Below the pieces are notes generated by a model. That model saw nothing but the letters and a program-made list of their open reading frames with translations, was not told the origin of the DNA and did not search any database. Made by a program: the position numbers and the translations under genes. Shown one piece after another: positions 30,034 to 42,768 of a stretch of DNA of 43,964 nucleotides; position 1 is the first letter of the stretch, and every line of letters starts with the position of its first letter. Source of the DNA: Thecamonas trahens ATCC 50062 (Eukaryota > Protista > Apusomonadida); contig NW_013657628.1 of NCBI RefSeq assembly GCF_000142905.1, forward strand, positions 122,553 to 166,516. The letters are read 5' to 3'.

Positions 30034-31851
30034 ATGAGTGTCGAGACCAAAGTGCCAACAACGTCTGCGGCAGAGGCACTGTCGTCACTGGCGACACACT
30101 CGGTTGGCCTGCCCGTCTCTCCACTGGCTGCATCGGCGCAAAGTTCAACTACGAATTCGATGATGACAACAACTGATCCCGTTTCTGGTTCTCGGTCTGG
30201 GACCGCTACTCCGCCTCGCTCGAGTGGTGCCGCCAGCCGTGGACACGGCTCCTCTGCAGGTCAGTCAGTCACTGGTCGTGCCGCACACTCTGCTTCTGCC
30301 TCGGCCCCAGCATCGACGGGTGAGTTGTCGAGGGGAAAGGGTGTGGGCATTCGTGGGCGAGGCGGCAAGTATGTTGTCTCTACTCGTCGTGCTCCCATGC
30401 TTGTCTCGCGTCCGATTCCATCTGCAGCGGCTAGGACGCACGGTGAGGCAACGGGCCGTGGCGGAAAGGTGTCGCACCCAGACGAAGCTGGGAAATCTAA
30501 GATCATAGGTAAGGTCAAGGGCAAGGGCAAGGGTAAGGGCAAGGGCAAAGGCAAGGGCAAGGCGAAGGAAAAGGGCAAGGGCAAGGGCAAGGGCAAGGGC
30601 AAGGGCAAGGGCAAGGATAAGATCAGGAACAAGAGCAACAGTAATAGCTCCAAGAGACCGACAAACGAGCCGATCATGCCGTCACATAAGGGTCTGGTCT
30701 CGCCCGCCGCCAGCACATCTACGGGCTCCACCAAGTCGGCCTTTACTCGTGTGCCACCGGCGACGACCCAGGCGACACCGCGCGAGTCAGAAGCCGGCAA
30801 GTCCAAGGCCAAGGCCCTGGAATCGGAAAACGAGTCTGGAAGTGGGTCTCGCGGCGAGTACACGTACGAAGAGTCGTATGCTGAGATGACGGTATCGGAT
30901 GACTGGTCAGAGGGTGGCTCGTTGCACTCGGATTCGAGCGAGCACTTTAAGCCGATGACGAAGATCGAGCTCGAGACGATTATCAAGGACCGTACCGGGG
31001 CCCACACCTCGTTGCCACCGCTCGTGGATGAGAAACAGTCGGCGCAGGGCAAGAAGGTCTCGAGCGTGAGAAAGTCGGTGCGGAAGAGTCCAGCGCGCTT
31101 GCCAGCCGAAACCAAGGAAGCCGCGCAAGACAAGGCTTCGCCGGCTGCGGCCAAGGCGGACACCCGGGCCGGGGCCAAGGCAGCGCTGCACGAATCCCGT
31201 GGCGAGCGAGCAGCGCGGCGGAGAACGCAGGGAAAGGCTGCGGCAAAGGTGGCTGCGGCAAAGGTGGCTGCGACGACCGAATCTGACTCGAGTCATAGTT
31301 CGAGCTCCGAATGGGTAGAAGAGACCACCAAGGATCGCGCTGAGCGAAACCGCCGGGCTCGGAAGGCTTCGCCGAGTCGGCGTAAGCAGCCCGCGAAGTC
31401 TATGACGTCGGATGCGGTGAGCGATGCTCCGAGTTGTTCAGGTGCCGACGCCCTGAACCGCACCACGCGGCTGGCCGACAGCTTGCCACCGACGATGGCG
31501 GTAGCCGAGGTTTCCGAGTTGCTGGCGTCACGAAAGCGGCGACGGCCGACCGGTAGCCAGGTGTCGCCAAGTTCACGATCGCGCCAGCTCTCCCTGGATC
31601 TTGACGGTGACGATGATGACGAGGGCGACGACGATGAGGCGATACGCCAGATTAAGCGCCAACGGCGGCTGGGCATGCTGTCCGAGGACACAGCAGGCCG
31701 ATTGCTACAGGCAATGGAGGCGTCGCGGCGGCAGTACATGCTTGCGTTGCGCAAGGACCGTGAGATCATGCATCAAGCCGTGACGGCTGTTCTAGCGCAG
31801 CAGGACGCCATTCTGGACGCCATGCTCAAGGCGCACAACGTTCAATTGTGA
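30034..31851 (+). CDS. hypothetical low-complexity protein with (KG)n tract and helical C-terminus
   Basis: Long ORF; KG repeat about 30511-30617; no recognisable domain. Confidence 0.6.
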   Translation: MSVETKVPTTSAAEALSSLATHSVGLPVSPLAASAQSSTTNSMMTTTDPVSGSRSGTATPPRSSGAASRGHGSSAGQSVTGRAAHSASASAPASTGELSRGKGVGIRGRGGKYVVSTRRAPMLVSRPIPSAAARTHGEATGRGGKVSHPDEAGKSKIIGKVKGKGKGKGKGKGKGKAKEKGKGKGKGKGKGKGKDKIRNKSNSNSSKRPTNEPIMPSHKGLVSPAASTSTGSTKSAFTRVPPATTQATPRESEAGKSKAKALESENESGSGSRGEYTYEESYAEMTVSDDWSEGGSLHSDSSEHFKPMTKIELETIIKDRTGAHTSLPPLVDEKQSAQGKKVSSVRKSVRKSPARLPAETKEAAQDKASPAAAKADTRAGAKAALHESRGERAARRRTQGKAAAKVAAAKVAATTESDSSHSSSSEWVEETTKDRAERNRRARKASPSRRKQPAKSMTSDAVSDAPSCSGADALNRTTRLADSLPPTMAVAEVSELLASRKRRRPTGSQVSPSSRSRQLSLDLDGDDDDEGDDDEAIRQIKRQRRLGMLSEDTAGRLLQAMEASRRQYMLALRKDREIMHQAVTAVLAQQDAILDAMLKAHNVQL

Positions 31852-33143
31852 CGTCTACGAGAGCGGGCGTAGCTAGCCGCGGCCAGAGCCACTGCGTTGT
31901 TCTTGGCGCGCATGGCGGCCCACTCGGCGGTCTGAGGCGCTGCGTCGCCGACCTGAATGTCCATGATGCACGCGAGCTGACGGACAACATGCATAAACTT
32001 GGAGACAAGCGAGAAGAGCGGCGAAGGATAGCCCTGCGCAAAGGCGGCAATGGCGTCGGAGAGCAAGTCGGTGTCGACAATCTCAACCTCGAGCTCGCGG
32101 CAGACGTTTCCGGATGCGTACTTGACCTCAGTCAGGTCGATGCGCCACGCGCCAAAAGTGTACGTCCGACGCTCTTTCTCGCGCCTGTCGCGGGCCACAA
32201 ACTGGGTCGCCTCCGAGACAGTCTCGGGCGGGAGGGCGGTCTCGGATGAGGTCGAGATGCGGAGGTCGAAGCCTGCTGACGGGCACCACACGTCGATGTC
32301 GCCGAGCCGCTTCTTGCGGATGACGGATGACGGCCGCGAGGCCAGGCCGCGCACGGGGTCGATGTCAAACGACGCCCGTGCTTTGGGCCCACCCGGCCGC
32401 AGCTCAAACTTGCGGTCGATGCTCTTTTTGTGATACCGGGTGAGCTTGCCCGAGCCGACCAGCCGGTTAAACAGGTTCTTGAACCGGTCAAAGACCGAGG
32501 CGACCGTCGAGTTGAACATGACTCGCGAGTCGTCGAGCATCATCTCACCCTTGACACCTACACCGATGTTGATTCGCGAGTCCGGCAGCGTCTTGAGGGC
32601 AAGGAAGCCAAGCTTGGCCTCGATCTCCAGCACCGGCTTGGGCGCGCCCTCGGCCACCGCCGACGCAACCGCAGCCGCCATCTCGGCGTGTGCCTCCATG
32701 ATCTTCTTCAGCAAATGACTTTCCAGCAGCAGTGGATTGTAGTGCTCTGGCTGCGATGACAAGTTTTGTGAGACCGCTACCACGCGCGATGCCACCGCAG
32801 CCACCGCCTCTGGTACCACCAGCCCCTTTCCCGGTCGAGGAGTCCCCCCTGTAGCCGGCCGCCGTGATGATGATCCGGCCCCATGTCTCGCAACAGCAGA
32901 CGACGAGCTCGTCGGCGCGCCAGCCGAAGAGCTAGCCGATGCAATCGACGACGTAGTCATTGTCGACGATGCAGTCCTCGCGGTCCCAGCCCCAGCCCCA
33001 GCCCGCCCGCCGTCCAGCATCCTCTGCCGCTTGCTCGGCTCGCCACCGCCACCGACCATTACGTCATCGCTTGTGGGCGGCGGGTGCTGGCCACCGTGCC
33101 CTGACGGACTACTGCTGCGACCGCGCTTGTTTGACAGCGACAT
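31842..33143 (-). CDS. mRNA 5'-triphosphatase, Cet1/TTM (CYTH) type
   Basis: Motif A LEIEAKLG, DLRISTSSE, REKERRTY, WRIDLTEV, motif B ELEVE. Confidence 0.85.
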   Translation of the reverse strand: MSLSNKRGRSSSPSGHGGQHPPPTSDDVMVGGGGEPSKRQRMLDGGRAGAGAGTARTASSTMTTSSIASASSSAGAPTSSSSAVARHGAGSSSRRPATGGTPRPGKGLVVPEAVAAVASRVVAVSQNLSSQPEHYNPLLLESHLLKKIMEAHAEMAAAVASAVAEGAPKPVLEIEAKLGFLALKTLPDSRINIGVGVKGEMMLDDSRVMFNSTVASVFDRFKNLFNRLVGSGKLTRYHKKSIDRKFELRPGGPKARASFDIDPVRGLASRPSSVIRKKRLGDIDVWCPSAGFDLRISTSSETALPPETVSEATQFVARDRREKERRTYTFGAWRIDLTEVKYASGNVCRELEVEIVDTDLLSDAIAAFAQGYPSPLFSLVSKFMHVVRQLACIMDIQVGDAAPQTAEWAAMRAKNNAVALAAASYARSRRRHN

Positions 33144-33240
33144 GGAGTGTCAAAGTCGGGTGTCCTCCGTGTGTGTGCAGGTCGTGGTCGTGGTAAACGC
33201 TCTTGCTGTTATGGTGGCAGCCCCCTTCTCCTCCTCCGCC

Positions 33241-33330
33241 GACTGACCGACCGACCGACCGACCGCAGGCTGACCGACCGACCGACCGACGACTGACTGG
33301 CCGACCAACCGACCGCAGGCTGACCGTCCG
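33241..33330. repeat. (GACC)n microsatellite in divergent intergenic region
   Basis: Tandem gaccgacc units. Confidence 0.8.
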
Positions 33331-33793
33331 TCGATCGGCGACCTCGATGGGCGGCAGCGACGAGCCGTTGATATACCAATCTATCGAAATGCTCGCGAGC
33401 GGAGGTATCAACATAGGATTTGTGATGGAGTGGCTGTGCAACTATGTCAATGGCTGCCGCACCCTTCCTGTCTGCACTACTCTCCAGGGCATCGATCGAC
33501 ACAATTTGCGTCTCATCATCGACATTTCGTATCGTCGCCCTCCCTCCCTCTCTGACATCCCTCCTCCTCTCTATAGCTGGCTTCACCACCATTGCCCGCG
33601 CATCACGACAGCAGCAGCAGGCCATCGTGTTTCATGGTGGCTCTCCAAACCTTTTTCTGACTGAAATATTAGTTTTTGCAACATCTTCCGCTTACTCCTC
33701 TCGGCCCCCCCCCCCCACCACCCCCCCCTCCCCCCCCCCACCCACCTACAGCAGAAGCTCAACAAGCTCAAGCTATTTCATTCTAACATTGTC

Positions 33794-36700
33794 ATGCGTT
33801 CTGTCTCATGTCGGCTGCCCCCCGCAAGTGCTGCCGCTCACGTCACTCGGCAGCTTGTGGTCGCTGTCCTCGTTTTCCTGCTCATTGCTGGAACTGCTAC
33901 AGCGAACACGTTTACCGCAAGCACTGGCAACGTGTTTGCGTACGAAACGAGCCTACGAGCCAATTGGCAGTTTGGCGTCTTGACGGATGAATCCCCGTCT
34001 GCAAGCGATTTTACCTCCAACTTGAACGCCCACGGCGGGTTTGCCTTCAACATCCCGCTGGGCTACATTATCGATGGCATCAAGATCGACATTCCCTACT
34101 CCTACGAGTCGCGCTGTGGGATCAGCACGGCTAGGACAACACTCGTTACCCTCCGTAATGCATCGGCCTTTGGTACCTCTTTCTTCGACTCGTCACCCAA
34201 GACAGCAAACCGCGCGCTCCTCCCCAATGGCCCGCCACCGCCACCGGTTTCTTACGGCTCGTCATCCGACAAGTGGGGCCTCGCTGCCCCGCAGCCTGCA
34301 CTCGTTGATGCTCTCAACAATGGATATCTCGGTGTTGGCATTCGTGTTGCGGGCAATCATCAGTGTGACTCGGTTCAGATTTCCTCGTCGTCTTCACAGG
34401 CATCAAGGGCCGGGCCGAAGATGATAGGCATGCAGTCGTCTGCATCGACACCTACTGAGAGGTCCTCGAGTCTCGACATACCTCCCATGACCCGCGAGCA
34501 TGCGTGGCCCAAACCTCGGGCCGACGGGGATTGGATTATATCCATGGCGATCATTAACGTGGTCGTTAGCGCCCACCAAGGTATCTGTGAATCGCAGGGG
34601 GCATGGCCGGTCACCAACGCGGGTCAGACGGCTCTCAGGCCCTGTCCTACCGGCCAGACTGGCCAAGTTTCCCGGTATTGCCGCCTCAACGCTGTCTGGG
34701 CCTCTCCCAACATTGCAGGATGTCAAGCCGACGACTCATACTGCCCTCTGCTTTCGCCGCCTGACGATGGCTTCATTTCCAACACCTGCAACCGCAGCCT
34801 CAACGCTGTCTGTGGCAGCTTTGGTTGCAACCTAGGGTACACTCCAATGGGATCGACTTCGCGGACTTGCAAGAGCGACAAGAGCTGGGGAGGCATGGAA
34901 ATGATCTGCACCGCCACGCCCGACTTTTGTCCACAGCTCTCGCCGCCGGCGAACGGTTACATCTCGGGTTCGTGCGAACGGACCGTGTCCGAAGTGTGCG
35001 GGGTGTTCACTTGCAACGCGGGCTACACTCGCTCGTCTGGCTCGACTTCTCGCACCTGCCAGAGCGATAGAGGCTGGTCCGGCACCGATGTCGTTTGCTC
35101 TCTCGACGGCAACTACTGCACCCAGTTATCGGCTCCTGCTAATGGTGCTATCACCTCATCGTGCGCCGCCAAAGGCACGCTCGGTGACGTCTGCGGCGAC
35201 TTTGTGTGCAACGCGGGTTACTCGTTGTCGGGCTCGATTACCCGCACCTGCCAGCTTGGTGGCGTGTGGAACGGATCGATTGCCGCGTGCACGCCAGTAA
35301 GCAACTACTGCCCTCCATCTCCTACGCCGTCGTCCAATATGGTCACGGGAGAGTGTTCCCGTGCCATCGATGGCGGTTGCCTCTACTCGTGTAGTGACGG
35401 CTACGAGATAGTCGGTGGCTCCGGCCGCCTCACTTGCTCGGCGGGGCCGACTTGGACCGGTACCCGCGGGACGTGCGAGCCCATCGACAGCTACTGTAGT
35501 CCGCTTCTTCCGCCGCATAATGGCATGGTTGCTGTACCCTCGCTCTCTATCAACAGTGAGGCTACATACACATGCAACCTTGGCTATGTCCGCACTGCTG
35601 GCTCGGCAACAAGGACTTGCAACGCCGAGTCGAGCAGCTCGGGTGTTTGGTCTGGCACCGTGACCATTTGTACCGAGGATAATGGGTATTGTGAAATAGC
35701 CAGTGTCCCACCAGCTCCGCCGCATTTTGAGCTCTACTCTTGCGACGGATCACAGGGTGGCGAGTGTGTCTTTGAGTGTGAGCAAGGCTACTCGCTCGCG
35801 GGCAACGATCACTTCACGTGCGAGTCCGACAGAAGCTGGTCAGGCGCGCTTGGCTCGTGCACACTTCAGCCCAACTACTGTACTCCGCTCGCCATCCCGG
35901 GCAATGGCACGCGCGGCGCGTGCTCCGGCACATTGGGTGAAGTCTGCGGGCCAGTGACATGCAATGCCGGCTATGAGGTGAGCGGCACGGCAAGCAGGAC
36001 GTGTAACTCTGGTGGGCTTTGGTCTGGCACGACGGCAACATGTGATGCCATTGAGTTCTACTGCCCCAGTGTCACACCGCCGTCTCATGCCGTCTTGGAC
36101 ACTTGCGCGCGCTCGATTGGAGCCACATGCTCATATTCCTGCAGCAGCGGCTATGTGCCGGACCAGGCCCAGACGATGACTTGCCTGGCGGGCCCGGCTT
36201 GGTCGAACTCGTTCGGCTCGTGCATCCCTGATCCAGAGTTTTGTCCACTGCTCACCGCACCGGGCAACGGCTCGCTCGCGGCTTGCGACCAGAGCCTCAA
36301 CACCGTTTGCGGCCCGGCGGACTGCAATCCGGGCTATGACCTGTTGGGCGATGCGGTTCGAACGTGCGTCGACGGCGAAGATGCCGGCGGGACTTGGACG
36401 GGCACCGCGCCATCATGCGCCCTTGATTCCGAATTCTGCCCAGTCCTTCCCGCGCCGAGCAGCGGCTTTATTGCCGCGTGCGATCGTTCGGTTGGCGGTC
36501 AGTGCACATTTGTCTGCGAGCCCGGCTACGAGCCGTCTGGCTCGCTTGTGGCAACATGCACCTCTGCGAGCACTTGGGATGTGTCACTGGGATCATGCAC
36601 GAAGATATTCGGCTATTGTAGTGGCCTCCCGCCGCCGGATAACGGCGGCGCCCTGGCGTGTGGCAACAGTCTTGGTGACTCGTGCAGCTTTACCTGCAAC

Positions 36701-39530
36701 ACTGGGTACTTGCTGACTGGCTCGACGGAACGGACATGCCTCGCCGGCACAACGTCGTCGGGCGTGTGGTCCGGCACCGAACCTGCTTGCATCATCGATG
36801 GAGTGTACTGCGGCGAGGGTCCACCTGCGCCTGGCAATGGGACCCGTGGTGATTGCTCTCGTGTCATCGGCGGCGCGTGCACCTACGCCTGTGACCCGGG
36901 CTACACCCTCAGCGGTGATGACCAGCTCACCTGCGCAGTTGGGCCTTCGTGGGTCGGCACCTTGCCCAGCTGCTCGCTGACAAACGGCTACTGCCCGATC
37001 TCGGCTCTGGTTGATGGCGTTGCTCCGCCGTGCCATGGTCGTCTTGGCGAGACCTGTGGGCCGTACGTCTGCAATCCCGGCTTTACCCACTACGGCGGTG
37101 CTAGTCTGACGTGCGAGTTTGGCGGCGTGTGGTCCGACGTCGTCCCATTCTGCTCGGCGGCATCGTCGTCGAACTCGCGCGTCAACTCGCTCAACACAGT
37201 GACGTTTTCCGCAGACATGACTCCTGGGTGGAGCTTTGAAGTTCAGGTCTTTGACGCCAACAACACCGTCATCACGTCGGCAGTCGACCGAATCGTGGTT
37301 CGGCCAGCCGGCACGGCCATTACGCTCACCTCGTCGTCTCTCGCGACAGTCGATTGGGACGCGACTTTGAGCGTGTGGAAGGGTGCAGTGACGCTTCGTC
37401 GGGCTGGCGTCTTCAACCTCAATGTCTTTCTCAATCTGAACCCAATCGCGTCCTTGGCCGGCTCGACGCTGTTCCAGATCCAGGTCGAGCCAGGCCTGCC
37501 TGCGGCCGCCAACTCTGTGGCCGACGGACCCGGCCTGGCCATCGGCTCATCGGTGATCCAGGGCCAACCCGTTCTGTTCTACATCAGCCCGCACGATGCG
37601 TACAACAACATCATCCACATTTCGGACGTGCAAGCTGAGGCCTTGTCTGGTGCTCTTGGCTTCGAGGCTGTGCTGGAGTCGGAGACGGTGGACGATCCAC
37701 TTGTCGAGTTTGTGCCAGAGCTCTCGGGTAGTGTCGCCAACGGCAAGCTGGCGTTCCGGTACACGGCGGCGACTGGCGGCTTGTACGTGCTCTCGATCAC
37801 GCGCGGTGGCGTGGCGATCAAGGACTCGCCGTGGCTGGTCGAAGTGACAGCGGTCTGCCCGGCTGGGACACGGGCTGTGCAGGCAACCGGTCCATGCGTC
37901 GAATGTCCAGTCAACACCTACGCGGCGGCAGGCTCATTTGAGTGTAGCGAGTGCCCAGAGTTTACAGGCGCGCCGGCACGATCCGAATCTGCCGCTAACT
38001 GCACCTGCCTCGGTGGAGACTGGCACCCGTCAGCCGAGGCCGGCGCAGCGTGCCAGCAGTACCCGCCGTTTGCAACGTGCAGCGGCGGGACCGGTTATCC
38101 GATTGCTAATCCCGGATACTTTGAGACGGCGCCCAACTCGGGCGCCTTTGTAGCCTGTCCGCGGACCAAGGCGTGTCTGGGCGCCGGAGCGTGCGCCGAC
38201 GGGCACACCGGCTACATGTGCACCGTTTGCAAGCCGGGCTACTTTTCCAACACGGCGTCCGAGTGCGAGCGGTGCCCACGTGGCTCGTCGGCCATTTTTG
38301 TCGTCCTCTTTGTACTTGTGCTCGTGGTGGCGACGGCAATGGCCTGCGGGCTGGTGTGGCGGACGCTGCGGGTAGTGGCGGCCCAAGCGCGGACGGGCAA
38401 CTCTGGCGAGGCATCGGGCGAGCTCATCCGGCTCTTCCGCACCAATATGATGCCTGCGTCACTATCGATGATTCTTGTGGCCTTTCAGGTCGTCGGCATC
38501 TTTGCCGATGCCAACTTTGCGTGGTCGGACGCGTCGCGGGCATCGCTCCGGCTCTTCAACGTTTTCAACATTGACGTCGACATGTTTGCCACCGAGTGTG
38601 CGCTGCAATCGTTCCACGCAAAGTACGCCTTTTCGATTGTGCTCCCACTCTTTGTAATCCTTGTCACCTTGGCGTTCATCGTAGGCTTCAAAGTTGTCGG
38701 CGCGCGCCACGTGACTCGCCTTGCCCCGCTGGCCACGGTCTCGATCCGGACCCTAGTCGACGCCGTGCTCTTTGCGCTGGCACCGCTGCTGTACATCCCC
38801 GTCTCGCGGACAGCGCTCATCATGTTTGACTGCACGCGGCTGGCCGATGGCTCGTACGTCCTCGATTCTAACCCAGGCATCAAGTGCTTCAACTCGCAGT
38901 GGTGGGAGCTGCTTCCTGTCGGCCTGGTGGCGCTGGTTGTCTACGTCCTCGGCCTCCCGATCTACTTTGGCATCGCCCTCCTCCGCCGGCGGCATATCCT
39001 CTTCCTGCCGTCGGTCACCGTCCGGTTCGGTACCCTCTACCGCCTCTACCGCAAAGCGTACTACTGGGGCGAAGTGGCGAACTTGGTCAAGCGGCTGGTC
39101 ATCGTCATTCTGGCCGTCTTTTTCTCGTCGCGGCAGCTCCTGCAGATCAGCCTCATGCTTGCGCTCCTCACCACCTCACTCGTTGTTGTCTCGCGCTACG
39201 AGCCGTACTACTTTCCGCTCTACAACGCGGTGGACACCCGGCTCTCGGTAATGCTCATTATCATTCTCATGATCGGCACCGGGTCGTACGCTGAGCGCGA
39301 TGCGGCGTCATCCGACTCGACCTTTTTTGTCCTCACCCTTGTCGCTATCATCGCCCTTGTCCTCGTCTCGGTCCACGCTCTCGCTGTCGACGTGTGGCTC
39401 ATCTACCGCGAACGGCAGTCGCTGTACCTCGCCGCCGCCGAGCGGCAAAAGCGACTGATGCCCCCCTGCCCCCCTCTTCCCCGCTTCCCCACCTCCCCAC
39501 TTCCGTCAGTCCCTCCCCCCCCCCCCCCCG
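33794..39530 (+). CDS. large Sushi/CCP-repeat, filamin-like Ig, Cys-rich, multi-TM membrane protein; 3' end obscured by gap
   Basis: Signal peptide, about 14 C..P...NG..C.GY...G...RTC...W repeats, GPGL/DSPW filamin-like segments, CPAG/CPVNTY repeats, multiple TMs with FGTLYRLYRKAYYWGE. Confidence 0.85.
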
Positions 39531-39630
39531 NNNNNNNNNNNNNNNNNNNNNNNNNNNNNNNNNNNNNNNNNNNNNNNNNNNNNNNNNNNNNNNNNNNNNN
39601 NNNNNNNNNNNNNNNNNNNNNNNNNNNNNN
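39531..39630. other. assembly gap (100 N) flanked by poly-C and poly-G
   Basis: N run. Confidence 1.
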
Positions 39631-39841
39631 GGGGGGGGGGGGGGTGCTCGTACCATGCCGAGGTATGCGCGCGGGTGGGTGAGGTGAGGTGGCGGCTGCT
39701 GCGATCGATCAGTGGGTGATCGTTCGGTGTGGTTGGAGCAATGCGTCTATGGATGGACACGGATAGGGGGAGACTGGCATGCGCGAGATGGGGGTGGGGG
39801 TAGGGGGGGGTGGGGGACGGGAAGCGACGGATTTACCCGTC

Positions 39842-42768
39842 TCATGGTTCATGCCCGACAGGCTCGCCGGGATAGGAGGCACAGACGGCGGCAAAGTCGT
39901 CCCAGGTAAGAGTGACGACATCGGCGCGGAGAGTGACGGCCTCAACCCGGTATGGCTGGGCGCAGCCGGACCAGAACGCCGTCTCGCCAACAAAGTTGCC
40001 CTCGCGGAGAACGCCGACAAGTTCGCCACCCGGGAGATAGACCGAGAGCCCGCCGTGGACGACAAAGTGCAAACTGCGGGCAGTCGACCCGGCGCCGATA
40101 ACCTCAGCGCCCTGGTCAAGGGCAACAAGCTTGCACGAGGCCAGGACGGCGGCGCGAAAGGCATCCGAGGTGCGGGCAAAGCCATCGTAAACCTCCAGAA
40201 AGTCGCCCATTTCGGAAATCGACATGTGATGGTCGACGGTCTCTCGGGCGCTGGCCACAAACGCCTCCAACTCAGGCGCCCCGGGGGTTGTGTCAACGTT
40301 GGCCCGCTTGCTCTGGACCTCGCGCAGTGCAGCTTTGGCCTCGGGCTCATCCAGCACCTCGATTAGCTCTGGAAGCAATGCGTCGAGCTCGGCAAGCTGA
40401 GCCCCGAGTGCGTGCGGATCGTGGGTGTTGACCGCGAGCGCCAGCGAGTCAAAGACTAGCCCCACCCGGGCGCGGAACCGGTGAACTTCTGACAGCTGCA
40501 TCTTGACGCCGCGTTCTGCACGCTCGCGCCGTTTGGCGTCCTTATGCAGCCGCTCCTGCGCAATGGCCGCAAAATGAGAGCGGTACTGCGGATACGCCGC
40601 CAGCGCGGCGTAGAACACCGCCTTGTCCAGCCGGTAGCAGTAGACGTACGAGATGGCCTTGACAGACGCTGTCCGCTTCCCGCCCACAACCACAGCAATC
40701 TCGCCGAAAAGTCGCCCTCGCCGAGCCGGCACAGCTCGCGCCCGTCGTCCGACACCACCGCCACCACGCCTCGCGTCACAAAGTACATCGACTCACCGTC
40801 GTCGCCCTTGGCAAAGATGAGCGAGTCAGGGTCGTGGGTCTCCTCCTCCAGCTTCCGGACAAGCTCGTTGAAAAAGCCCGCGTTGTGAACGCCCGCAAAA
40901 ATCGGAACCTTGGCCATCGCCTCCAGCAGATCAGCCTTGACGGCAAACGCGCCGCCTGTAGACAGCGACTGCTGCGACAAATCCTCCAGCCGGGTCAGCG
41001 TTGCCTCCAGCTGCGCCGCCAGCGAGCCGTCTGCTGGATTTGCCTTGATCGCCATCGTCAGGTCCGCCAGATCGTGTGAGATCGAGTGCATGTTGTTCTG
41101 CAGCTGCACAAGATGCTGCACATCGCTCGAATCACCATGCTCGGCCGTCACCGACAGCAGCCCGCCGAGCATCCGCCCGATCGTCATCGCCACGTCTTTG
41201 GCCAACGCGCATGCCGCGCCCATTCGGAACTCATCCCCGTGCGCCGCGCGGATCTTGGCCATGCACATCCGCACATCCTCCGACGCCGCAGCCATCTCTG
41301 CCCGGTGCGACTCAATCTCCGCCGCCCCGGCCTCGGCGTCGAGCTCGGCCTCGTCACCGCCGTCGTCGCTGCCTACCCACGACAAGCACGACTCAATCTG
41401 AGCCTGCTCCTCGGTTTGCACCCCGACATCAACAGAGTCGGGCTTGACAGCCGCTGCAGCACTCGCCTCGGCCGCCGCAGCCTGTGCTGTAGCCAGAGCC
41501 GTAGCCATCTCTGCCAGCCGCGCCTCTAGCTCCACCACTTGCGCCCCTGCCTCGGCCGCTGCAGCCTGCGCCGCAGCCACTTCAGCCGCAGAAGGGCCCT
41601 TGCGCCGCTTCTTGATAACCACCACCTTTTTCCGCGGTGACGCTGCCGGAGTCCCATCCGCCATCGTAGAGCTGGTGTTCGAGATAGACTCCGACACCAC
41701 CTCAGCCTTGGAGCCAGACTCTAGTGCAGGCTTGCCCGACGCGAGATATCCGTACTGCGGTTCAACCGGAAGCCGAAGCGTGGCCTGGACCGCCAGAGCT
41801 GGCGTCTTTCCTGCTGAGTGGCACCGAGTCGAGCTGTCGCCGCGCAAACGGCTGCTTTCCCGCCGCCGGCCGCTCTGGCCGTGCACGCCTGGCGATGCCG
41901 AGCCAGTCCGCATCCGGCGCACAAACTTGTGCTCGTCGGCCACAGTCGCCACGCACGAGACCTCCAGTGTCCGCTCAAACGCACGATCTTCGTTGATGAC
42001 CGGACGGAAAGAGCACTCAGCAACCTCGTCGAGGGCCGCGCGTTCGGCAGCCTCACGGCGGGCGCGCTCCTTGCCCGCCTCAGCCTCGGAGAGCCAAGCC
42101 CTGGTGCGCTCCGGGACCGGGACACGGGCCGGCGAGGCCGAATCGGACCGGTGGGAAGGGCTGCGACGGGTATGGGCCGGACCTGGCAGAACCGTCGGAT
42201 GAAAAGTACACTGCTCCATCTCGGCATCGAGCGCAGCCGAGCGATGCGCAGCCAGGTGCTCGCTGCGCTCTGAAGCGGAGCGGAACATGACCTCGTAGTG
42301 GACGCCTTGCGGAAAAGCCTTTGCCTTTGCCGCCACCAGACGTCGCGACTTTCGATTGAGCTCGGGATGAAACGGATGACTTTCACCGCAATTGGCATGT
42401 GGACCATGGAGCTTGGCCGAGACCACCGTTCCGTCCGACTCGCTGCCGAGGGACCATCCGCCATGGTCATCGTAGAGCAGAGGCTGTTGTTGCCCACCGG
42501 CTGGATCATCATGACTTGCATGCCCAGCACCGGCACTATCAAATGCTTCCGTCGAGTATCTCTGTGGAGTCCGGCGGGCGAGTCTTGTCAGCTCAGGCTC
42601 AAAGGTGAGATTGGTCTCATACGCTGCTGCCGGCGCAGTCAACCGCTTGCGGACAGGTCGTGGTTGCCGTCGTCCCCGGTGGGGTGACTGCCGCTGTGAA
42701 GCAGCGGCTGCCTCGGCCCGGGCCACTAACGCAGGCGTGCTGGAGCTACCCTTGCCCTCGCCTGTCAT
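39842..42768 (-). CDS. cyclic-nucleotide-binding domain protein (two cNMP domains), apparent 1-nt frameshift at 40707-40710
   Basis: IFAKGDDGESMYFV..LGEGDF|FGEIAV..RTASV; second domain LHFVVHG..EGNFVGE; N-terminal CTFxP-like repeats. Confidence 0.75.

Noticed and set aside
33347-33664. Small ORF MGGSDEPLIY...
   Set aside because: No recognisable homology; lies in a divergent promoter region
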